A stretch of 64,000 nucleotides of DNA from Paraspadella gotoi. Lineage: Eukaryota; Animalia; Chaetognatha. Of the stretch, positions 49,601-61,562 are shown piece after piece. The notes below the pieces were generated by a model, which was given only the letters and a program-made list of their open reading frames with translations, searched no databases and was not told the origin of the DNA. The DNA lies in contig CM119265.1 in NCBI GenBank assembly GCA_051294375.1, positions 23,525,449-23,589,448 of the forward strand, written 5' to 3'. Every line of letters starts with the position of its first letter. Positions within the stretch are counted from its first letter, which is position 1. Made by a program: the position numbers and the translations under genes.

Positions 49601-52600
49601 CCATCCTCATCTCCTCGTCCTCGTCTCAGTTCTTCTCTCCTTCACTCATGGACGATCACTCTCTCTCTCTCTAAGATCAATCTCTCTCTTTGCTCTCTCT
49701 CTCTCATCGGCTTCTCTCTGTTTGTTTGTCATCACTTTTTATAATTCCCAAGTTGGTTAGTTGTTAGTAATTTATGTTCAATCTTGCTAAGTTTATATTT
49801 TTAAACTCTTTTCTCATCAAGCTTCTCGAGGCTTTGAAAAACCGGCTTTTGAAGCACAAAAAAAAACGGTCCTGAATAAAAAGCGGAGAAAAAAGGAAAA
49901 AGCAGGAGTAAACAAAAAAGGCGAAATAAAGCGCAAAAAAAATACCTCATAATTCTTTGTTGGGCAAGATACCGTGTCCTGAGTCAAAAAGACCAAGAGG
50001 AACCGAAAGAAAAACATTAAAAGGTGGACGAAGAACGTTAAAAGGAAAAGGAACAATGGAAGAAAGAGGAAAGAAAGGAACAATGGGAGGAAGAAGAAAA
50101 AGGAAGTGAAAACTGTAGGAGGAAGAAGAAAGGAAAGAACTTGTGGGAGAAAAGAGGAGGGGAGGATACGTGGGAGAGAGCAAAAGGGGAGGACTAGTGT
50201 GAGGAAAAGAGGAAGGAGAACTGTGGGAGGGAACAGGGAGAAAAGGGAGGAAGCTGGGGGAGAAAAGAGGAAAGGGAGGAACTGCGGGAGGAAAGAGGAG
50301 TGGGAGAACTGCGTTGGGAGGAAAGAGGAAAGGGAAGAACTGGAAGGGAGGAGAAGAGGAGACAATGAAAAGAAAACGCAGGTGAAAAGTTAAATAAAAG
50401 AAAAAAAATTACAAAAAGAGAATGGACAGAGAGTAATGAAGGTTTTTTATCAGTGAGCAGAGAGTAAAATATTAAGTTCATGTAAAAGTAGGAAAAACGT
50501 TTATTTTGGAAGAAATAAAATCAAATCATTAGACTACTTAAAAAAGTCATTGGAAAAAAAGATAATAAAGCTGATATTAATTAAAGTTTTGTATGTTGTT
50601 TTATTCGCAATGTGCATATAAAATATGGTTATTTTATAGCACATTTTATGAAATAAAACAAGAGAACGTGGTAAGATAGAGGTCTCAAATCAATACCACA
50701 TCTACGGCGTCTTTGGTTCTTCTTATCTTTTCTTTCTCCTTTTCTCTCTTTCAATTTCTCCCTTTCCTCCTCCTCCCTGCACTCCCTCCTCTCCATCCTC
50801 CCCCCTCCCTCTTCCTTTTCTCCGCTCTTTTTTCCGTCCCTTATCGTCACTGATAATTCGTCACAGGGTCTGTGATATTCACTTGCCCCTATGCTATCTC
50901 TCACCGACCCATTGCCTACATCAACGACTTCGCCTCGTCTCTAAACCTCTTTCAACTTATTCACTCGTTCTTCCTCTGGATTCTAAAACCCTTCACAACG
51001 ATCTTCTGTCTCACTCGTGCTCCTTTTGGGGTTAATGCACTTCCTTCCTTCTTCCCTTCATCCTTCCTTCCACCTTGCTTCCTTCCTTCCTTCCTTCCTT
51101 CCTCTCCTTCCTTCCCCTTCCTTGCTTCCCCTCCTTCCTTCCTTTCTTACCTTTCTTTCTTTCTTCCTTCTTTCATTCCTTCGTTCCCTTGCATCTTTCC
51201 TTCCTTCGCTTCCTTCCTTCCTGTCCTTCTTTCATTCCTTCCTTCCTTTCATCTTTCCTTCCTTGCCTTCCTTCCTTCCCTTACTTTCCTTCCTTCCTTC
51301 CTTTTCCTTCCTACTCCTATACCTTCCTCTCCTTCTATTCTTTTCTTTCCCACCTATTCAAAAATATATTTTTCAAAAAATTCCTTTCTTCTTTCCGTTC
51401 CTTCCTTCTTTCCCTTCCTTCCTTCCTCCTTTTTGTTCTTTTCCTTTCTCCTGACCTTTTAAAATTAATTTCAAAATCTCAGTAGCAACTTTCAACTTTT
51501 ATTCTTTTTCCCCATCGCATCGTTAATCTTCGTCTCATTTTCTTCAAGGCTCTTCTTTTTAACTCTTAAGCCCTCTCTCTCTCGTCTGTGTCCTCTCATG
51601 GTCAGACTGAGATCGTCTCTCTCCTCTCTCGTCTCTCGTCCTCTTCTCTCTCTTCTCTCTCTCTCTTCTTCTTCCCTCTCTCTCCTCCCTCATTCTCTCT
51701 CCACCTACCGGCGCTAGGCCCCTAGCAGGGAATGTTACTCTGGCAGGGTGGGTCGCCATCTGGTGCATATTCGACGGTCCGCGAAAATAACCAAGCTGGA
51801 GGAGAAGGGACAACTCAACTTCGCGGACCGTCATTCGGCCGTAACGTTCTTCAACTCGTCGTTGTATCTGTCGTTCTTCTGCTTTACTAACCTCACACGG
51901 GATGTTATCAATTATTTCATTTTTTCGATTCGTCTGTTGGTTTGGTCGTCGTCTATTCATTCTTGTCGTATTGGTTCTTGTATCGACATCTACAACAATC
52001 GCAGCATAGACTTTGCCCAATCAACTTGGTTTCTCTTTGGCCTTGGCTTTTGGTTTCAGAAGACCCCGAAGAGTCAATGTTTCTTTTTTTTACCGCGCTT
52101 TCTGTTATCTCTTTTCTTGGTTCGATGTTTTTTTTTTTGTTCGTTTTTCGTGTCGTTTTCAACAATTGTTGGTCGTTTTCTTTGTTTCGTATGTACATAT
52201 TTTGTTTCTTTACGCCTTGCCGTTTTGTTTTATTTTTATTTTAAAAATCTTTTGATTTCGGCTGTCTGTCTATTGTTGTTGTTGAAATCAAAAGATCAAA
52301 AAACAGAGAACAAATTTAGAAAGGAGAAGAGAAGAAGAAAAAAAGAAAAAGTTTGAAAATTATAAAAAAAAGAGAAAAAAGGAAAAAGAAAATTTAGTAG
52401 AGAAGAAGGAAGAACGAAGCGGAAAAGGCGGATTCAGTTGTGCGAGCCGAGATAAAGGTTACGGGTGAGGCCCGCATCCCGGCCTCCACTGACCAGAGGC
52501 CGACAAAGAAGACGGGCCGACAGAGAGGCGCCGACAACAAGAAGAACGATCCCGGTCAGGGTAGTCGTGGCGTCGTCAGCCTCATGAGGATTTGTGGTCA

Positions 52601-53626
52601 AACATTTGGCGCACTTACGCGGCCGAAATTTCCTCCGCGTCACATCTTGATCCAGGAATAGAAAGCGAAGGTCGTCGTCGTCCGGTCGTCGTCGTTCGTG
52701 TCGTCGTTCGTGTTTACGTCGTCGTTCGGTGCCGTTGTCGTAGTCCCATCGTCGCCTGTCGCGTAGGTCTGTCTGCTTTCGGTTTTGTTGTTTCTATCGT
52801 CGTCATCATCTTGTGCCCGTCTTTTGTTACGTTGTTAGTCGGACACGTCGTTTTCTCGTTCTTGTCGTCGACGGAGTGCTCCTTCACACGCTCGCGTCCG
52901 TCGTTCGTATCTGTCACTTATCTTCTTCTCCTCCTTGTCGTGGTCGGTTCGTCTTTTGGGGTACCTTCCGTTTATCGTCAAAATCAGTCCATCGTCGCGC
53001 TCGGCGTCGTCGTCGGTCGCTCGGTCGCTCGTCGTGTTTTTCCTGTCGACATAGAAGGCCGAAAGAGGAGCGGCGTCGTTTGGTGTCCTTAACCGCGATT
53101 AATTCCCAAGTTCTTTTTCCCCCCACCTTTGTTTGAGCTTTTTTTGTGCCAAGTGTCCGAACGACGGAAGAGGAGATGAGCAAGGGGTGTTGAGAAACAA
53201 GGGAAGGGGCGAGGGGGGGGAGATTTGGCATGGGCGTTGTTTGGAGTTAATGGGCGGGAAAAATGGCATGGTCGATGGAAGAATATAAAGATTTCCGCTT
53301 TGGAGGCGTTTCTCTCTTGGCATCAACGGGGCGAGGAAAAAATCAAGGGTCTTCAAGTTAAGTTTGTCGATTGTGGAGTCGCGTCGATGGTTTATTTAGT
53401 TTGTTGTTGTTGTTGTGTTGTTTTTGTTGTTGCTCGAGGCGTCGGAAGAAACCATTACTTTGGCTAAAAACTGGAAGATATTAATATCAATTAATATTGA
53501 TATTTAACGTTCCGGCTCCGTGACTCCTTCTCTTTCAAGAAAAAGCGTTGAAAAAAATATTCGCTAAAGAGTAAAAAACGTCAAGATGAACTGCAAAAAC
53601 GNNNNNNNNNNNNNNNNNNNNNNNNN

Positions 53627-56600
53627 TTCGAATCACCTAATCACCGCATTAGGGTAACAACCAATCACACAATTTTCCCCTCTCTCCAATGAAACGTAAG
53701 GCCCCCCCATTAATCACTGAGTTGATTTCTCAGATCGTTAAACTGTATGACGTAAAATCTCCAAATCACGCAGTCACTCATATTGACTGTCGATGTTGAC
53801 ATTCAGATGTTCGTGAATGGGAACCTTCGCCTTACCTCNNNNNNNNNNNNNNNNNNNNNNNNNNNNNNNNNNNNNNNNNNNNNNNNNNNNNNNNNNNNNN
53901 NNNNNNNNNNNNNNNNNNNNNNNNNNNNNNNNNNNNNNNNNNNNNNNNNNNNNNNNNNNNNNNNNNNNNNNNNNNNNNNNNNNNNNNNNNNNNNNNNNNN
54001 NNNNNNNNNNNNNNNNNNNNNNNNNNNNNNNNNNNNNNNNNNNNNNNNNNNNNNNNNNNNNNNNNNNNNNNNNNNNNNNNNNNNNNNNNNNNNNNNNNNN
54101 CATGTCTTCTCCTCCATGTCTTCCATGTCTGTTCCACAAGCAGGGTGACCCTTGCCGACCCTCTGGTAGGAATCGTCCTCCGGTTACGACTCAACGCAGC
54201 CTCTTCCGTCGTAAAGGGACGAGTATAAAAGTTTTTTTATTTCTCTTGAAGAGTATTAGTCTCTCAAAATCATTTCTAGTACAATTGTACTATTGTCGAT
54301 ATATATACCATAAAAGAAGAAGGCATGGAGTNNNNNNNNNNNNNNNNNNNNNNNNNNNNNNNNNNNNNNNNNNNNNNNNNNNNNNNNNNNNNNNNNNNNN
54401 NNNNNNNNNNNNNNNNNNNNNNNNNNNNNNNNNNNNNNNNNNNNNNNNNNNNNNNNNNNNNNNNNNNNNNNNNNNNNNNNNNNNNNNNNNNNNNNNNNNN
54501 NNNNNNNNNNNNNNNNNNNNNNNNNNNNNNNNNNNNNNNNNNNNNNNNNNNNNNNNNNNNNNNNNNNNNNNNNNNNNNNNNNNNNNNNNNNNNNNNNNNN
54601 NNNNNNNNNNNNNNNNNNNNNNNNNNNNNNNNNNNNNNNNNNNNNNNNNNNNNNNNNNNNNNNNNNNNNNNNNNNNNNNNNNNNNNNNNNNNNNNNNNNN
54701 NNNNNNNNNNNNNNNNNNNNNNNNNNNNNNNNNNNNNNNNNNNNNNNNNNNNNNNNNNNNNNNNNNNNNNNNNNNNNNNNNNNNNNNNNNNNNNNNNNNN
54801 NNNNNNNNNNNNNNNNNNNNNNNNNNNNNNNNNNNNNNNNNNNNNNNNNNNNNNNNNNNNNNNNNNNNNNNNNNNNNNNNNNNNNNNNNNNNNNNNNNNN
54901 NNNNNNNNNNNNNNNNNNNNNNNNNNNNNNNNNNNNNNNNNNNNNNNNNNNNNNNNNNNNNNNNNNNNNNNNNNNNNNNNNNNNNNNNNNNNNNNNNNNN
55001 NNNNNNNNNNNNNNNNNNNNNNNNNNNNNNNNNNNNNNNNNNNNNNNNNNNNNNNNNNNNNNNNNNNNNNNNNNNNNNNNNNNNNNNNNNNNNNNNNNNN
55101 NNNNNNNNNNNNNNNNNNNNNNNNNNNNNNNNNNNNNNNNNNNNNNNNNNNNNNNNNNNNNNNNNNNNNNNNNNCTTAAAAAAGTTCATTGAAAAAAATA
55201 ATAAAGCTGATATTATTAAAGTTGTATGTTTTATTCGCAATGTGCATATAAAATATGGTTTATTTTATACACATTTTATGAAATAAACAAGAGAACGTGG
55301 TAAGATAAGTCTCAAATCATACACATTACGCGTCTTTGCTTCTTCTTATCTTTTTCTCCTTTTCTCTCTTTTCAATTTCTCCCTTTCNNNNNNNNNNNNN
55401 NNNNNNNNNNNNNNNNNNNNNNNNNNNNNNNNNNNNNNNNNNNNNNNNNNNNNNNNNNNNNNNNNNNNNNNNNNNNNNNNNNNNNNNNNNNNNNNNNNNN
55501 NNNNNNNNNNNNNNNNNNNNNNNNNNNNNNNNNNNNNNNNNNNNNNNNNNNNNNNNNNNNNNNNNNNNNNNNNNNNNNNNNNNNNNNNNNNNNNNTTCTT
55601 CCTCTGGATTCTAACCCCTTCACATCTTCTGTCTCACTCGTCTCCTTTTGGGTTAATCACTTCCTTCCTTTCTTCCCTTCATCCTTCCTTCTAGACTACT
55701 TAAAAAAGTTCATTTTGAAAAAAACAATAATAAAGCTGGATATTATTAAAGTTGTATGTTTTTATTCGGCCAATGTGCATATAAAATATGGTTGTATTTT
55801 ATACACATTTTATGAAATAAACAAGAGAAACGTTGGCTTTAAGATAAGCTCAAATCATACACCATTACCGCGTCTTGCTTCTTTTTTATCTTTTTCTCCT
55901 TTTCTCTCTTTCAATTTCTCCCTTTCCTCCTCCTCCTCCTCCTCCTCCTCCTCCCCCTCCTTCTACTCCTTTTTCTCCGCTCTTTTTATGCGTCCCTTAT
56001 ACTCGTCCCATGAAATTATTCGGTCACGGCGCGGTCTTCGATATTCACGCCCCCTTGCTGTTTCTCACCGCCCCATTTGCCTCACCATCACGACTTCCCT
56101 TCTTCTCTACCCTCTTTCACTTTCCTCGTTCTTCCTCTGGCATTCTAACCCCTTCAACATCTCTGTTCTCAACTCGTCTCCTTTTGGAAGTTAATCCTTC
56201 CTTCCTTTCTTCCCTTCATCCTTCTTCCCACCTTCCTTCCTTCCTTCCTTCTCCTTCCTTCCTCCTTCCTTGCTTTCCTTTCCTCCTTCCTTTTCTTCCT
56301 TTCTTTCTTTCTTCCTTCTTTTCATTCCTTCCTTCCCTTCATTCCTTTTCCTTCCTTTCCTTCCTTCCTTCCTTCCTCTTTTCATTTCCTTCCTTCCCTT
56401 CATCTTTCCCCTTCCTTCCTTCCTTCCTTCTTTCCTTCCATCTTCCTTTCCTTCCTTTCCTTTCCTTCCTCCTTCTTTCTTTCTTTCCCACCTTATTAAA
56501 AATAATTTTTTTCAAAATTCTTTCTTCCTTCCTTCCTTCCTTCTTTTCCTTCCTTCCTTCCTTCCTTCTTTCTTTTCTTCCCACCTTTTTAAATTATTTT

Positions 56601-58568
56601 TCAAAATTCAAGCAACTTTCAACTTTTTATTTTCCCCACTCGCATCGTTAATGTTTTTCAGATTTTTATACCCTACTCCTCTCTCTCTTTCAACCTTCTC
56701 CCTGTTCTACGTTCTCTGAGTAGTATCTCTTCAAACTCCTCCTTCTCCTCTCTCTTCTTCTCACTTCTCCAAGCCTCTCTGTGGCTCATAACTCCAGGAC
56801 GATCATCGCTCTCTGAATTCTCATGTAAGCTCTTGATAAGACTCTCTCCCTCTCTTCCCTCATCTCCTCCTCTCTCTCTCCCTCTCTTCTCTCATCCCTC
56901 CCCCGTAAGCCTAGGGGTTACCTGCGTCGACCATCTGCATATTCGAGTCGCGAAAAAAGCTGGAGGAGAAGGGAACTCAACTCGCGACCCGGTCATTGGA
57001 CGTCCTTTCTTCACTCTCTCGTTGTTGTCGGTTCTTCTACTCACGGATATTTATCATTCATTATTTTTGATCGTTGTTGTTTCGTCGTTCGTCTTATTCT
57101 TGTCGATTGTTCTGTAATCGACATTACAGACTTTTCCAATCAATTGTTTTCTTTTTTGGTGTCAGAGAGAAGAAGTCAATGTTTTTTTTTAAGCGTTTCC
57201 TTTATTTCTTTTGGGTTCTCTTTTGTGTTCGTCAGTTTCGGTTTAAAAGTTTTGTTTCTGTTGTTTGGTTTTTGTTTACATTTTGTTTCTTACGCTTGCG
57301 TTTTGTTTAATTTTACATTTAAATCTGTTTGTTTGTGTCTGTTATGTAATGTTGTTTGAATCAAAGAAAAAAAAACCAGAAAAATTAGGAAATGAGAAGA
57401 GAAAGAAAAAGAAAATTGAAAATAAAAAAAGAAAAAAAAAAAGGAAAAAGAAATTTTAGTAGAGAAGAAGGAAGACGAAGCGAAAGCGAATTCAGGATTT
57501 GTCGGAGCGAATAATTACGGGTGACGGCCGCCCATCCCGCCTCCAGCTCGACAAAAGAGGCCGACAAGAGGCCGGACAAGAGGCCGACAAGAAGCCAACG
57601 AGTCCGGTAGTCGGCTAATGAGGATTTGTGGTCGAAACATTTAGGCCACTTACGCCGAAATTCGCGTTCACTCGATCCGGAAATAGAACGTCGTCGTCGT
57701 TTCGTCGGTCGTTTCCGTCGTCGGTTCGTCGTTCGTTGTTCGTCGTCGATCGTCTTCGTGTTCAGTGCCCGTTTGTCGTAGTCTTCGTCGCCTTCGTAGT
57801 TAGTCTTCGGTTTTGTTTACTTCTATTCGTCGTCATCATCTGTGCCGTCTTTGTTGTCGTTAGTCGACCGCGCTTCGTTTCTGTTTGTCGTCGACGTCGT
57901 CTTCATCGTCGTGCGTCGTTGTATCTGTCATTAATCTTCTTCCCTCGTTGTCGTGGTCGTCGCTCTTTGTCTTCGTTTATCGTCATCGTTCATCGTCTCG
58001 TCGTCGTTCACGTTCGTTTCGTCGTCGTTCGTCTCCGTCGAGGATTTTCTCAGCCATTGCATGGACATGAGGCGAAGAGGGAAAGCGCGTACGTTTGTCC
58101 TTTAACGCGATCTTATCCCAAGTCTTGGCTGCCAAAGTTTGTCGATCGAACGGACGGAAAAGGAGGATGACCAAGGCTGTTGAGAACACAGGGGCGGGGG
58201 GAGATTGGCAATGGGGCCGTGTNNNNNNNNNNNNNNNNNNNNNNNNNGCGTTGATGGAGTTAATGGGCGAGGAAAATGGCATGGTCGATGGCAAGAATTA
58301 TAAAGATTTCCGGTTTAGGCGTTTCTGGCATCAACGGGCGAGGAAAAAATCAAGGTCTTCAGTTATTTTGTCGATTGTGGAGTCCGTCGATGGTTTATGT
58401 TGTTGTTGTTGTTGTTGTTGTTGCTGAGCGTCGGAAAACCATTAACTTTGCTAAAAACTGGAAGATATTAATATCAATTAATATTGATATTTAACGTCCG
58501 CTCCGTGACTCTTTCAAGAAAAGCGTTGAAATTCGCTAAAGGAGTAAAAGTCAAAGATGAACTGCAAA
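53627..58568 (+). repeat. Imperfect gapped duplicate of about 48439-53601
   Basis: Both start TTCGAATCACCTAATCACC and end near AAGATGAACTGCAAA. The sub-block at about 50530-51070 appears again at 55175 and 55690. Confidence 0.9.
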
Positions 58569-59580
58569 CCTATGATACTCAATGCTCCAATCTTTTTGTC
58601 CATTGCGCAATAACAGCAGTCAATGTAAATCCTACTCGGCCTCAAGCAACGGCACAATGTCGTCGTCGTTGTCATCGTCGTCGACGTCAAAAAACTTGAT
58701 TTATTTTATTGATTTTTTTTTCCCTCGAAAAGACGAGATTTTTGGACAAGGTCGTTATAGTCTTCGTCGTCGTCGTCATCGTCGTTATCGTCGCAGTCGT
58801 CGTCGTCGTCATCGTCGTCATCGTCTCTTCGTTCAATGACTTCGTCGACCTTGAAGTCACCGAGGGTTGACGTCTGTTCCATCCCGATCTCCCCTTGAAA
58901 CGCCTCCCACCCCATTATCCCAATCAACATTCAACCCCGGGCTCTAAACCCTTAGTCACCCTCTTTCACCCTTACCGCCCCCTCCCCCCTTCAGTGACGT
59001 CCTTCCAACGCCAACATAACGTCGAACGCCACGCCCACTTCCGTCGTTGTTTCGTTCGCTGCAGGCTTCATGTCGTGTCATGTTTTATCATATGCCTATC
59101 AAATATTCGGTTAGGAAAAGCAAAAGACTGATACGAAGTTCAAAGCTGACAATTATGTAGGATCGACATCAAACGTTAGTTCTAATCACGTTACCTGTTA
59201 AAAGAGTCTAAATCATGCCGTGAGGTTGGATGCTACAATGATTTGGAATTTTTGAATCACTTCATGCATGGATATTGGATAATAATTACTAAAAAAGAGA
59301 GGTTCTTTAGTTTATTAATGTTTATCTAAATCATGCCTTAGAAATGAAGGAAACGGCGATTCGGAATCACTTCAGTGATTATATAATTAACGTAAAAGTA
59401 AGATTTTTCAGTTCTCATTTACCGCCTTGTGGTAGGGTGTAACTATAGGCAGAATCAAAGAGACAGCTCACGATTTGAATTTAAAAAAAAAACTGTCATT
59501 TAAAACTTTTTGCTTTGTTTTCCATTCGTACATTAAACACTTATCGATAATTATTTTAATATTTTTTTTTCTGCAATGAA

Positions 59581-60024
59581 ATGAAGATCTTTTTCGTGAT
59601 GATGATTTTGATCGGCAATCTGGTCGAATCGCGACGTCTGGAAAATCAGGTGAAATCAAAAGTCACTCTAATCACTTTCCGCTACACCTGTTACATCTGT
59701 TGCATCTGTTATATCTGTTGCAACTTACTCTTTCTTTATAAGATCCTTCAAAGAGACTTCACCGCCAAAGTCGATGCCAACGCTGTTGCCAAAGCAATAG
59801 CAGATGCAGAAGACGAAGCCAATGCAGAGGCCAAAACCGAATCCGATACTGTTGCAGACTCCGACGGAGGAGGTGATGCCGAAGCCCATGCAGATGCCGA
59901 TGCCGATGCCGAAGCTGACGCCAAAGGTGATGCAGTCGCCGATGCGGAAGAAGATGCCGATGCCAAAGCAGATGCAGATGCCGATGCAGATGCGGATGTC
60001 GTTCATCAGAAAAAAGAACATTAA
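59581..60024 (+). CDS. Small secreted precursor: signal peptide + acidic X-Ala dipeptide repeats, 2 exons, about 116 aa
   Basis: Exon 59581-59649 ([23 protein letters not shown]), 93-nt GT-AG intron, exon 59743-60024 (..[47 protein letters not shown]). Synonymous variation among Ala codons; AATAAA at 60208. Confidence 0.75.
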   Translation: MKIFFVMMILIGNLVESRRLENQVKSKVTLITFRYTCYICCICYICCNLLFLYKILQRDFTAKVDANAVAKAIADAEDEANAEAKTESDTVADSDGGGDAEAHADADADAEADAKGDAVADAEEDADAKADADADADADVVHQKKEH

Positions 60025-60057
60025 GACGAGACATGACGATGGGCCTAACAAATATCG

Positions 60058-60142
60058 ATGGGCCTGGCGATGTGGCTTGCAATGGGGCCTGGCGATGTGG
60101 CTTGCAATGGGGCCTGGCGATGTGGCTTGCAATGGGGCCTGG
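60058..60142 (+). repeat. 25-nt tandem repeat, three units plus a partial (ATGGGGCCTGGCGATGTGGCTTGCA)
   Basis: Visible directly, in the putative 3' UTR of the secreted precursor. Confidence 0.9.
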
Positions 60143-60575
60143 GAATTCTATCGAGTCTCCACTGAGATCACGATTTCAATCTCGATTTCGACTCCATGAA
60201 CTTGATGAATAAAAATTTAAAAAAAAGTTATTAAAAAGATTTTTAATCGAATACCTAACAAAACATATTTGCAATATAGCATCGAAGGAACGGAATCGAA
60301 ATCAAATCGGAATCGAATCGGATCGGCGACTCGAGTTATTTCAACCAAGGACTCGATGATTGGATGAATCACCATCGGAATCTGTCCAATGAGAAGAAGG
60401 GCTTCATGCCATCGGGAAAAGGAGTCCACGTCGTTGATCCGGTTGCCCTGTATAAATAAGAAACGTTTTTGTATTGAATTCATTCTGTCTCACACCGTTC
60501 TTCGCTTGTTATATTTCTCAGAATAAAATCCACTTTTGGTTTCATGTTGAAAATCTCTGTCTATTTACTTAAATG

Positions 60576-60614
60576 TGGTGGCAGCGGTGGGATTCGAACC
60601 CAAGCCTCCGAAGA
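60576..60614 (-). pseudogene. 3' half of tRNA-Leu including CCA
   Basis: Minus strand TCTTCGGAGGCTTGGGTTCGAATCCCACCGCTGCCA-CCA matches the variable arm, T-arm and acceptor 3' strand of metazoan tRNA-Leu(AAG/TAG); the 5' half is absent. Confidence 0.8.
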
Positions 60615-60804
60615 TACGTAAAAAAAACACCGACTTTATAAATTGAGGCTGGCTCCTTATTCTTTAACTAAAGAGTCCAGGTCTCATTTTGGTCAAAGAA
60701 AAAAAAAATTTTAAAAAGCAAGGATCGTCGTCGGCACCATTTTAAAAACGTCGTTGATATTCCGATCTTACTCAAAAATATTTTGTACTTGATGAACAAC
60801 AAGA

Positions 60805-60863
<59 letters not shown>

Positions 60864-61390
60864 AAATTTATGTTTGAACAAAAAAAAAAAACTTGAGGCT
60901 TTGCTTGACTGCAGCCTTGACCTCAGCTCTCAACCGGCCCCTCTACCTCACTTACCTTCTTTGCTTCACTTACCTCCATTTCCTTTCTCCTCTCATCCAA
61001 TTCGCCTCCACCTCCGACTTTCGACCTGGATTCCCCCAACCCCCCGCCTCCCACCGCCCCACGCCCAGACGCCCCCCTCCAAAAGAAAATTCAATCTCCA
61101 GGTTTTACTTTCTCCTCAATTTTCAACGTCGAAGGTCAAGGACGAATCCTTCTTTTCTTTTTCTTCTTTTCTTTTTTCTTTTTATTTCTTTTCTTTTTTT
61201 TTGTTTTCTTTTCTTTTCCTTTCTTTTCATTTCTTTTTCTTCTTTTTCCTTCTTTTTTTTTCTTCTTTTCTCTTTTTTCTTTCCTTTTTTTCTTTTCTTT
61301 TTCTTTCCTTCTTTTCTTTTCCTTCTTTTCTTTTTTTTCTTTTCTTTTCTTTCTCTTCTTTTCTTTTTTCTTTTTCTTTCTTTTCTTTTT

Positions 61391-61470
61391 GAGGGTTTCC
61401 CACGCCCCCATGACGGTTTACGTCCGACTTCAGTACCTGACTGCCATAATCTGATGGCTTTACTGAATGA
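61391..61470 (-). mobile_element. Truncated, decayed copy of the 27.2-kb SINE
   Basis: CCACGCCC..GGTTTACGTCCG and CTGATGGCTTTACTGAATGA match 27306-27418. Confidence 0.6.
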
Positions 61471-61479
61471 ACATTGTAG

Positions 61480-61562
61480 GGATTTGTTGATTAGCTCAAA
61501 TGGTAGAGCGTTCGCTTTGTATGCGAGTGGTACCGGAATCGGTACCCGAATCAAACAAATCC
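61480..61562 (+). pseudogene. tRNA-Ala-derived element with TGT anticodon and replaced, extended acceptor stem
   Basis: TAGCTCAAATGGTAGAGCG TTCGC TT TGT AT GCGAG..GAATCGGTACC is a tRNA-Ala body with an altered B box. Flanks GGATTTGTTGAT/ATCAAACAAATCC pair; a T-run follows. Confidence 0.7.

Noticed and set aside
58706-58930. Asp-rich minus-strand ORF (similar short one at about 29830-29949 +)
   Set aside because: Explained by (GAC)n repeats; no supporting gene structure.
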